64,000 nt of DNA, from the NCBI GenBank assembly GCA_000934665.2, contig KZ538118.1, positions 1-64,000 on the forward strand. Direction: 5' to 3'. The translations under genes and the position numbers were made by a program. The notes beneath the pieces are model-generated. The model made no database searches. It worked only from the letters and a program-made list of their open reading frames with translations, and was not told where the DNA came from. The first letter of the stretch is position 1, and each line of letters starts with the position of its first letter. This document shows, in pieces, positions 21,521 to 32,347 of the stretch. The stretch is from Catajapyx aquilonaris. Lineage: Eukaryota.

Positions 21521-23101
21521 TGCGAACTGATATACTTCAAGGGGTCTCTCAAAAGCAACGTGTATCCATTTATGGTACACAGCGTTGCGATTTTTTTTAA
21601 AATGCACATTGTGTACTGCATTATGTACATTAGTTAGTACAATGCAGTACACAATTTGCTGTGTATAACATGCATACACATTGTTTTTAGAGCGCTTAAA
21701 ACTTGTCATAGATAAAATCCAGCTCTATTGAAAAAATACTTGTGGATCGCTGCGAGAGCCAATAATAAATTGATATGAAGAAATTAATATGAAGAAAAGA
21801 TAACTAACTCTGCTCGAGTATATGTGCAGGAAGCGCTCACCTACAATCCTGTAGTGTTGACGAGTACAAAATGAAGGATAAAAAATTGCCCCCAAAAAAT
21901 TATCTAAAAATATGAACGTGGATCAGTTAAAAGAAAACATAATAACTTAATAATTCCGACTGCTCGAAACATTTATTATGCACATTTAATGGGAGGTTCC
22001 TGGTTACAATTAAGCATTGCGAATGGTTCAACGAGATTGATAGTACCTGATGCAGTTGTGAACTGGGTTGTCTGAAAATCAGGTATGACGCACATTATCT
22101 AGATTCAATTTTTTGCCATTATTAGCTCCATATTAGCCACTAGACCAATGCAACACATGACAAATATCTACTGCATATGCGGGTAATTAGCTAGTACTGT
22201 AATACAGGCCAATGTCTAACTCGAACGAATACTTGAGTAACGGATTTTAATGTTTAGATGCAATGACATGCTATAAAATTGAAACCTTTTTTATTCTAAA
22301 TTTCCTTAATAATATACTGTACTTGCCTCCCTGAAGACCTGACACCCGAAGACCTGGCACACCGAAATTCCTCGTCATTGACCTGGAATCTCAACGAGGA
22401 AGAATTTATTGAGGGATAATTAAGATTCTTTATTAGCAAGCTTGTTTTTGTTTTTTCCGATCCACAGATATGGGCACAACACGCATTATATGAAAAAAGT
22501 TAGTCTGTTTTAATCGCACATACGTATAGATGTAGATTCTGCTAGGTATGACGGTGATGACGGTGCTTCAATATTCCTTCGAGCGTTCCTCTCTGCATTT
22601 CTTGCTCCTCCTCCTCCAGGGGGTTTATGTGAACAGGAGCTCTGTCCTGCAATTAGCATTTAGCACAATACGGCAGACTTAAGCCATTTGGCTCTTCAAG
22701 CATAAGGCATAGTGTCCTGTAGCGAGGATTAGGGCCTTGGATCGGCCTAGAGGTTGAAAGGCTACGTCGGGCCAACCTCTATAAATATTTTCAACTGATT
22801 CCTCCTCTGTCCTGCATCTGAGGAAGAGAACAGATAGTTGTGAAACTATTGGTCATCACTCACTTTATAGAGACAGAGACATTAAATAGGGCGTTTGAAA
22901 TCGTAGATTCGGTTATGCTGAAGTAAAAAAGGCGCATTTATTAGTATAATATAGTGTGTATTGTACACAGCCTATACAGAGCATCTATGCCCTTCTTTTG
23001 GAGATTTGGACATGGTGTCACCCTACATGAAATTATGTTCAATATTATGTGTTATGAACATGTTCATAGGTCTCCTCGTAATGAAGCAATAACTCCTACG
23101 A

Positions 23102-23157
23102 AGTGGTAGAGCGTTCGCTTTGCATGTGAAAGGTCCCGGGTTCGATCCCCGGCACCA
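23102..23157 (+). pseudogene. 5'-truncated tRNA-Ala(TGC)-like sequence (pseudo-tRNA or SINE head)
   Basis: agtggtagagcgttcgctTTGCATgtgaaaggtcccgGGTTCGATCCccggcacc resembles the D, anticodon and T arms of tRNA-Ala(TGC) and is followed by a T run. The 5' acceptor strand is missing. Confidence 0.7.
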
Positions 23158-24263
23158 TTTTTTGCCCCTTGGGATTGGAAGCACGACACGAGAGGGAAAA
23201 GCTCCCGAAGTTAGAGGCATATTTGTTTATCAGGGAGTACCAAAGGAGTACCACTGCAGGTGTACACCGGAGTACCGAAGTGAGTACCCCCTTGGCCAGG
23301 ACAAACGAATATGCAGGGTGGGGTCATGTTATTTTTTATCAGGAAGTCCCTGACTACGCGTGAGGTGTGTGCAGGCGGCATTGTCATGGTGCAGCAACCA
23401 GTCTATATGTTCTTCCACATCTCTGGCCATTTGACCCTAAATCGTCTCAAACCATCCCAGTAGGTCCTAAAACTTGCCGTTGACAGTTTTACCAGAGAGG
23501 GAGAAACTCCATATGCATAATTCCTAAAATGTCAAAGAAAATGATCAGCATTGAGTTGATTTTGCTGCAAACTTGACGCGTCACCTTCGCAGCTGTTAAC
23601 CCACTCATATATGTTATTGCTTGTCTTACAACTTGCTCATCAAAGGCCTTGTTCAGCATTCGGTTGGTTGCATCCGAAGTTTTGTTGAGCTGGAAGCAAA
23701 ATGTACAAATCTTTTGCTCCCTAACATAAGCGATTTCGAAAAATCGCAGAAGCACAAGAACACGGTGTCAAGAAAACTGCCGAAACTCGGAAACATGTGC
23801 ACCTATGAAGACGAAATTTTTCAGACTAATAGATGAAAGGTGTACCTAGCGCCCCCTAACGTCACAAGTTCGTACCTCCACTGGATTTCACGGTATATCG
23901 ACAGTCCGGGAACTTTTTGACCACACCTCGTACACCTTTAAATCATTTCCGTAGTTTACATCGATGTGTGTAAGCCGCAAAGAAAGCATACATTCTCTCA
24001 AGGGTTCCAAAAAATTTCACACATCACTTGGGTGTCACCCACTTTGAGGGTGGCACCCGGTGCGGTCCGCACCCCCCCGCACATGCCTAGCGACGCCACT
24101 GCTCAGGAGTTTAGGCGGGAAAGCAGGCGAGCCCAACCACTATTCTCCCCGGCCTGATGATTTAGTGCCGTGATGAGAAGGTCGCAGCACTCACCAGGGG
24201 CCTGATGAATTAGTGTCGTGACCAAAAGGTGGCACAGCACTCATCAAGGGCCCTTCTGGTCAT

Positions 24264-24318
24264 GGTCCCCTACATGGGTGCCTCCCCCATCCTTGGGGGA
24301 GGCACCATGTAGGGGACC
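24264..24318. repeat. GC-rich hairpin, ~25-bp stem
   Basis: ggtcccctacatgggtgcctccccca-tcct-tgggggaggcaccatgtaggggacc, with a single bulge. Confidence 0.8.
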
Positions 24319-27300
24319 CTGCTTCTGGAGCGTTCCGGAGGCGAAAAAAATAAGGCTATTATTATAGGGGGATTCCCCAATTCTAGTAGCTCACATTGTT
24401 GGTAACATATGAAATAAGAAAAATGATGCATTGCAAAATCGAGATGAAACGCACATCCAATTACTCGTCATTAGTGTATTATGGGTTTATGCTATTATCT
24501 GCTCAAAATAAATTTAATTATATAGTGAAATTCATATTCCATTTAAGGCGCAACAATAAAATAACGCACATATAAGTATACTTTTGCGTTGTTTTAATGC
24601 ATACCGGTATTACTGTAGGCCCTATGTCCTGTGCCATTTCAGAAACGGTGAATTATAGATTCATATTTTCATGATACAAAAAAGACCTGCGTTATGATAA
24701 AGTGCATTAAATATACTATGTAGATTTTATACAAATGCGATTTAAATTAAGAAATGCCAGTTTACTAGATAACTATTTGAAGTCCCTTTTCTAGGAAACT
24801 GGCATTTGTATAAGTTGTTGTCAGAAGCAAGTGGACTCTGAATAACTCATGTTGACATTCACCATGTTCAGAGGCAAGCAAGTTAGAGGCAGGCTGGAAA
24901 ACGGATCTGGCTCACTAAATTGACACTTTGACTCCGCAAATAATAAGTGGACAGCCTTATACGGCCAACTGAACTTCAAACTGTTCAAAGCTTTGCCTGG
25001 CAAAATCAAGTTTCTAATTGGCTTGCTTGGAAAACATTTGCAGTAATTAGCCATGATCTCTGCTATGACTTGTCCGAATTTGCCAAAAATGCAAAAAAAA
25101 CCTAATTGTTTCATTGTGACATTAGACTTTTTATATTCCTTGTGTTCATCATAGCCAAGTAAAAATGACATTGACTACCGACCTAGGCAGCTCATTTCCA
25201 TTCATCCTGGACTTGTAGCTAACCCTTGAGCCTCTCTTGAACGCCACTTTGCCTATTAGGCAGGCTTAAGCTGGCACCAACAAGTGACTGCAAGAGAACG
25301 TCAACGATATTACGCGACTATATTAACACTCCCGTAAATCGCATTACTTGCTTGAAACGCCAGCACTCTTGCTGGTAAACAGGATTTATTACATTCACTC
25401 TAAGCTAGTGCTGCGGGAAAAGTTTTTCAACTAATATCACTAAAACTTCCTTGCTGCTGATGAGAATGTATTTATGTTAAAATTTAATTCCAAATCTGGG
25501 AAAATGCCATTATAAACGTGACGTATTGCTGTTGGCTGAACAACTGAAACAGTTTCCACGTAATTGTTACACAAAATTGGATACAAGCTAACTTTTTGTA
25601 TGTGCCGTGCTGTGAGCACTATATATTGACTTAGAGTGAAAACCTCACGCTGTGGTCGTTAACACACTAAACAACTCCATAACAAACTAAACTGGCTTGG
25701 ATTTTTGGAGCAGAATTAATTTTATTTGCATGCTAAAAGTGACCCATTTTATCACCCTGAGACGTATGCAACAGCCAATCGGAAGCATAACATTCATGAG
25801 CAAAATTTAATATGTTCTGTTGTTACTTTGGGGCCGACAAAATTTCAGTGCCATAATGATGTACTCTACTGCACAGTATACAAGTTCTACCGGTTCCAAG
25901 AAGTATGGGGTACCAGTATATTAAATGATGTAAAGAAGTCCTGAACTACACAAGGAACTACATTGGCTTATGGTTGAATAAATGGTGAAAATGGAAAAAA
26001 GAGGCATTTATTTTTTTAAATATGGAACACAGTTATTCCACGGCATTTAATGATATCTGATGCAGAAGGCTCATAGCCTACTCAAAGGTTACGGATCAAT
26101 ATGTAATTTTTATCTTGCTGCTTATAAAACGAGGAGCGCGCAATATTTTAGCGGCACTATAACTCCCAACGGTATATAATGCGCCTAAGGCAAACAAAAC
26201 ATTGCAGTTTGTGCATAGCTAAATTATGCGCATGCATAATTTTTTTGCCAACTTCTATTTTTTATCTCATGCTAGGCTTCAAACCCCATTTCCTTTAAAT
26301 TGTAAATCCTCAAATATTCGTGGTTGCTCATTTTTCTTCCCCTTTGCAGCGACGTGTCAGGACAGATTTGCACACCATTCTTTTGTCCAGGGCCACGAGT
26401 TCCAAAATTCTTTAAGACTATGCCTTGGCAATCACATCTGTCAACAAAACGGTGCCTTCGTGTCACTCTAGAGTTGCACTCATCTGTAAAAAAAAATGCA
26501 GTTTACATAATTGCACTTGGTATTTGCTGCTTCTGCACTTTAAAACCGAACATCCCCCATCCGTTTTGGACCAAACCCCTTTCAAGGTTATACTTAAGCC
26601 TCTCAAAGTGTTCTCGTGCCAGTGAGCTTATTAATGGGCTACAGACTGTGAAAAGCACCTTCAGAAATACAAGGAGGTTGACATAATTATCGATTCAGAA
26701 AATTTTTGCACAAGAATTTTCCCACATGTTGGATGCTTCCAACCTGTCATCTTCGTTCAAGTTACGTCAACCACCCGGCAAATCCGAGCAGAGAACATTA
26801 CACAACCGCTGTACTTATTTACTTTCCGCACACACCCCGAAATGATAAACTTGCTGGGTGCTGCCAGAGTCAAATATAGAAGCGGACGTCAACTGTAAAA
26901 TGAACAACCTCGACAAGTGAGATATTTTTCCAAGGTCCTGCGATTTTTTTTTTCGTCCAGCTATATACCAAATGGATGCCAAAATTCATGGTTGTTGCCC
27001 TCTAGGTGCATCGCTGGCCCAAAGCCGACCATCTTGTACATACCTGAACGCCTCGTTTGAGACTCCTTAACATGCCTTGGATTCTTCGCGTTCTCATCAC
27101 TTGTTCGAGGCAGACGGAACAATGAAGAAGATTCTTTATCTTCGTCGCTCTAGCTATTGTTAGGGTGAGAGACAATGTTTTGGCGGCGCCAACTGATTCG
27201 TAGCGATATGTGCCGGTCTTGAACTTGAGCTTGTGCCAAGGTCCAGTCTGGCACTAAATTGTTTTACAACAGCTGGACCGTGTAGTTACACATTCTCTGG

Positions 27301-28802
27301 CTCGTTTCATGCATATAGTGTAACATTTGTTGCATCGATTTATAGTACAAGTTATGAAGTAAATGCGATTATTTTTTTGTTCCAATTCTAATAAGCGCAA
27401 GCCGTCGTACCTAATATGATATAATAATTTTTGATAAGTTCCAGCATGTAGGTTCAGTCGAGATTTAATTTTGAATGCATACAGTTTGTAAAGAGCTCCG
27501 AGGTCGTTCTGTAATGCAATCAACAGTCATGCTTGTAATAATCTAAGCAAGCGAGGTCTAAAATGAAAACCAAAAATCAAATTTGATTATTTAGAAGGGA
27601 ATAAGCTAGTTATAAGGACGTAGCTAAGAAAATTCAAAAGTAAAAATGAAGTTTACGAATGCAGGGCTGAATGTTTTGTAATTACGCTTGCAAATATTAA
27701 TAGTGGGCTTGTACAGTACTGGTCGTATTATTAAGTTCAAAGGCTTTGAAAAGTTGTATTAGCTTCGGCTGTAGTAATGAAACTCCTGATTAGTCCGCAT
27801 GAATAACTTTCAAAGTTATTAATTAAATGCAGGATTAATACATCGGTTGGAGCTAGATTAGTGTACACCACATTGGGAATTTTTGGCATTAATATTGCCT
27901 CCTCTTAGAGCACCAAAAGGTTGCATCTAAGATTAGCTTGAACTGTATACTACCACAGAAGAATGCGCCTGACGTCACAACTGCAGCTATAAGAATTTTA
28001 AACATCTGCAAGACTTACAGTGCTGAGGTCATAAGGGCAGCAATTCCACCAACTTCAACAATTAAATTGATAAAAAAGTGTGCCTTTTGCCTTGTGACTA
28101 AGGTCGAAGGCAACAATTGCTCAATCCTTTGACTGTTCGCATGTTCTCCTTTAATGCAATCAGTTATAGCTGGCGTCTTCCCTTTCAACACTACCTCTCC
28201 CATCCTCATCATCCTGACTGTTTCCTCGAGCCGAATAGGTGCTAGGAGCTAGGTTGCCCAATTAATTTGGGTTTAGTGTGGCCAAATAGGCGCGGCTATA
28301 AGGCAACAAATGAGTGGAGCGCAACTAACCTCCTCAATCACACTCGTAAGGTGTAAAGTTGCCAAGCCAACGCGTCTGGAGGATTTGGGATATCTTCCCA
28401 TCCTCAAAGGCTACAAGAGAGCCCTGATTGAGCCAAGGCAGGTGCAGGTTCTACTTTTCCAACAAACCACAAACCAACAGTTTGATGGCTCATCACCTGC
28501 GATTACATCAGAGCCAAGGAAATAATGACCCCTCCAGCTTTGCAATGATAGGCTGAGAGCAGTCAAATTCACGGATAATTGGAATCTGTAGAAAGGACAT
28601 GGGCGCGATAAAACTCATCAAGTGGAAGGAAAACTCTTACGGAAATTAACGGCCGATAATGACGGCAGTAAAGGCTCAGTACTATTTGCAGTAGTCGTAG
28701 ATTAAGCACATAATGTGTCCCAAATGAATTATTGGCACTAAGCAGCTACTGTTAGGACAGGAAAATTTAACTTGTAGTGTGTTCAGTAATAACAACATTA
28801 AA

Positions 28803-29147
28803 TTAGAGAAGGCTCTAGGAAAAGGGTCACCAAGTTTTGACGTTACGGTCGTCTCTGATTGGCTGGAGTCATTTTGGACTGTTTATGTGTCATATGGAGG
28901 CCGCCATCTTGAGTTTTTATGGAACAGTGGCCGGTTCTGACGTCACAGTCGACTCTAATTGGCATTCTAGTTCCAGCCAATCCCGAGTCGACCGTGACGT
29001 CAGAGCCGGGCACTTTTTTCCATAAAAACGCAAGATGGCGACCTCCATACAGGATTTACATGAACAGTACAAAATTACTCCAGCCAATCAGAGACGACCG
29101 TGACGAAAAAAGTTGGCGATCGACTCTCTTCCTATAGAGACTCTCTA
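28803..29147. mobile_element. Palindromic MITE (~160-bp imperfect arms)
   Basis: acggtcgtctctgattggctggag...gccatcttgagtttttatggaa...tctgacgtcacagtcgactc is mirrored by gagtcgaccgtgacgtcaga...ttccataaaaacgcaagatggc...ctccagccaatcagagacgaccgt. Confidence 0.8.
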
Positions 29148-31428
29148 TAATATGCCACTCTGCACACTGCTGCCGCTCTCAGAGAGAAAGTAGTACTACG
29201 TGCACGTTGATGATGGGTCACGCATAGCCAATTTTACCTCATACATAAGATGTTTCCAACCCTTCATGCCTAAATTGATCCCCAGCAAAGTGGGTTTCCA
29301 TAATACCCAGCCAGCCTGTCAAACAAGCAGCAAATACGACCTGTTGACAGTACAATGCAAGTGTAATCCACAGAGGGGCTGTTCATCCAGCGCCCCTGGC
29401 CCATTCGTCGCCTTGACATTGCTAAATCTTGGCCTATTCCTTTCCCCGTCCGGAGCTGGGAAGCCGCGTAATATTGCATCCTAAACCTACGAGGACTATC
29501 GATTGTGGTCGTCAACCTCCCTCTGGAGAAACTCCAGTTTCTAAGGCTTCTCCAAGCATGGCAGCCCGCGTGTAATTGGACAGAAACGATGACACTATAT
29601 TGCAACCCCAATCACTAGAACAATGCACACACAAAAATTTGGCAAGGAGAGCTAGAAGACAATCCAAAAAATTCTGTTTGTGAAAGACGCACGTGCTTAT
29701 AGGTTTCTCAACCCATCCCATTTTAAACTGTGACAATGAGCATTGATACGAGGAGCATGCGATTCTTTTATATTCGTCCGAGGTTTAATTTTAAAACCCA
29801 CGTGGCTAGGGCGAGGAGGCCGCGCAATTTTTGCCACACCCGGTCTATTCTCATGGCATCTAAGGTTGGACGCGGGCCATCTCCAGCTGGTAAGCGATAC
29901 GTTTCATCTGGGCTTAAAATCTCTAGAAATAAAAGCTAAAAATGACCCACTTTGGGAACAAGGCATCTGGCTCATCTCCCAGTTGTTTTTTTGCGGTTAA
30001 GAGTTTAAACACCTTTGGAAAATAATGCATAGAAAGGATCTATTTTTAATGGCGCCGTACCAAATGACCCGATGAGATGCCTGGAATTCTTTACTGTATG
30101 TGGGTTAGAAAAGTGTTGAAATGTATTTGGGACAAGTTGCGTCAAGTTCGTAACTTTCATGTGCAACAGGAAAGGAAGATATGTGCATAGCTTACCCCCA
30201 ACAATTCGTTTAGACGATAACCTGTGTGGGTTCCAAGGGCAGAGAAAATATTTTGAAAACTAGAGTCACTGGGCTGATATGACACGACCATGGCAGGAGG
30301 TACTGCAAAAATAGCTTTCTGGTCATGCCTGTTGCGCAAGTGTCATCAGGTAATAGCACATTACTAATGAAGTATTTTTTCCTTTTTCGGCAGATAGAAT
30401 CTTCATGCCATCTAATTTTGCAGGCAAATATGTCAGTCCTTCACTCAAGATTCATGTCAGTTATGCATATCATTCGGTTCAAGCCAGCCCGTCAAGATGC
30501 ACAGTATTGCATGACTTTATTACTGTCTTTCTCTGTGATGTGCAAATTCATTAGCTTGTTGCATGCCGAGAAAGAACAGTGTTCATTTTTACCACTGTTG
30601 CTGAATCAAATGTTGATTTTACCTTTCCAGGGAAAAAATGGAGTGCTGCTTTTGGTGAACCAAACGATGTCAAGCTAACAAAACATCTTCCCCGGAAAGA
30701 AAATAATATGGTTGTACACAGGCCTACCTACCACTATGCCTATAGGTGTTTGAAAATTCCCATGAAAGTTGCGGCTCAATCATCCGGTTGTGGCTGATGA
30801 GAAAATTGGCAATCAGCAACAGGTATATTGAGTTCAGGAGGTGAGTGACGTACAAACATTTCTCTTTTGTCTTGGCAACGAGTTATTTGTACTTGGGGCA
30901 TGACAAATTGCCCCAGAATAACCCTTTCTGGAACATCAATTTACCTCTGCAACTGAAGGACCATTAAATTCAAACTGACATGCCCTCTCTAAAAATACAG
31001 CACGGATTTTCAGGTACGCCTGATGATGAATAATATTCCCTCAAAATTCAACGTAATATCATATCGTAATCGATATCAAGTGCATAGATTCAAGGTGAAA
31101 ATTTCTTGAACTATTACGCGTAGACCCATTTAAGAGGTGACTCTCCGGATTGAAATTAGGAAGTGGTAGGCGTATAAATCTCAAAGTTTTTTGTCCCTTA
31201 TGCCAACGGTACGCCCTCTTGGAGCGAACCTTCCAGTGTTTGCAAAATGGACCACCACCGTCTAATTTTACACTTCACGCAACTCATGTGGGCGGACGGA
31301 AGTATAAAAGCAAGAAGACCCGCCCTAAAAACTCGTAGACCAGGGTGAAACTCAACTTGAGGAGCAAGTAACACTCCGATACACATTTATTTTCCGAAAA
31401 AACCCGCCTGTGTAAACACAACTTGAAA

Positions 31429-32347
31429 ATGTCGCTGGAACGTGCAGTCCGTGCCAAGGTACGTTTGAATCAATGTTATGATTCGATTCCATAATAATGC
31501 AAAATGTTACTGTCATTTTTAGCTCGCCTCAAAGCGCGATCCTCAGATGGAGAAGGAGGCCAAGGAATGGATCGAGACTGTTACAGGTGAGAAGTTCGCA
31601 GGTGGTTCATACGAAGAAAGTCTCAAGGATGGGGTCCTTCTCTGCAAGCTGATGAACAAGCTGGTCCCCAACAGCGTCCCAAAGATCAACGCGTCTGGAG
31701 GCCAGTTCAAGATGATGGAGAACATCACCTTGTAAGTCACACGCCTATTTGAAACCACTTGAACGATATCCTAATAGCATCGTTTTTGCTCAGTTTCCTA
31801 AAAGCCATCAAGGACTATGGTGTCCCCGACGTCGACTGGTTCCAGACCGCTGATCTTTACGAGAAGAAGGACATTGCACAGGTCACCACCACCCTTTTCG
31901 CTCTCGGCAGGACGGTAAGTAATGACACTACAATGCAGATTCTACAGTTTGTCATAAGCAAGTTGCCATAACAGCAGAATTATCCAAACTTTAAGAATTA
32001 AGGCTTGCACTGCTGCCATTTTGGAAGCGCAGTAGTGATGCGCGATGGACATGAGCAGTAGCGATGCGCAATGGACATGAGCAGTAGTGATGCGCAGTGC
32101 AAGCCTTACTATAGCGTTTTGGTGCCTCTTTCAAGTGTGTAACATACGTTGTGTTCTTCAGAGCTACAATCATCCCGAGTGGCCTGGACCATGGCTGGGA
32201 CCCAAGCCTTCCGAGGAGAACAAGCGTGAATTCACCGAAGAACAGATGCGCGCCGGAGAGGGCATCATGGGACTGCAGGCTGGAACCAAGCAGGAGACCA
32301 TGGGTCTCAGCATGGGCGCAGGAAGGAAGATCATCCTGGGCAAATAG
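31429..32347 (+). CDS. Mp20: Muscle-specific protein 20 (calponin/transgelin family), 4 coding exons, 181 aa
   Basis: Exons 31429-31458, 31523-31731, 31794-31914, 32162-32347 (546 nt). The protein runs [28 protein letters not shown]...[14 protein letters not shown]...[15 protein letters not shown]...[21 protein letters not shown]...[10 protein letters not shown], a CH domain plus calponin repeat closely resembling insect Mp20. AATAAA at ~32618. Confidence 0.95.
32028..32097 (+). repeat. 26-bp tandem repeat (~2.6 copies) in Mp20 intron 3
   Basis: Unit gcagtag(t/c)gatgcgc(g/a)atggacatga. Confidence 0.75.

Larger units (their letters stand above)
18077..23930 (-). mobile_element. Degenerate mariner element with transposase remnants, interrupted by ~5 kb of further insertions
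   Basis: ~30-bp imperfect TIRs cgaggtgtg...cccggactgt, flanked by TA on both sides. Minus-strand transposase pieces: FCFQLNKTSDATNRMLNKAFDE (HTH) and SKINSMLIIFFDILGIMHMEFLP in 23489-23755, WLLHHDNA at ~23377-23400, and the C-terminal CFQKWEIRWNCCIPVQGDY at ~18148-18205. Confidence 0.88.
17866..24101. mobile_element. hAT-type MITE (~380 bp of its own sequence) split by nested insertions
   Basis: Perfect 15-bp TIR cagtggcgtcgctag / ctagcgacgccactg. Perfect 8-bp TSD ctcaggag (17858-17865, 24102-24109). Subterminal cacccggtgcgg occurs near both ends. Confidence 0.88.

Noticed and set aside
18753..23157. tRNA-like sequences as functional tRNA genes
   Set aside because: Acceptor stems are missing or unpaired and all lie inside repeats, so they are treated as SINE-like or pseudo-tRNA.
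24821..25171. 116-aa minus-strand ORF
   Set aside because: It has no recognisable motif and I could not build a consistent exon chain around it.
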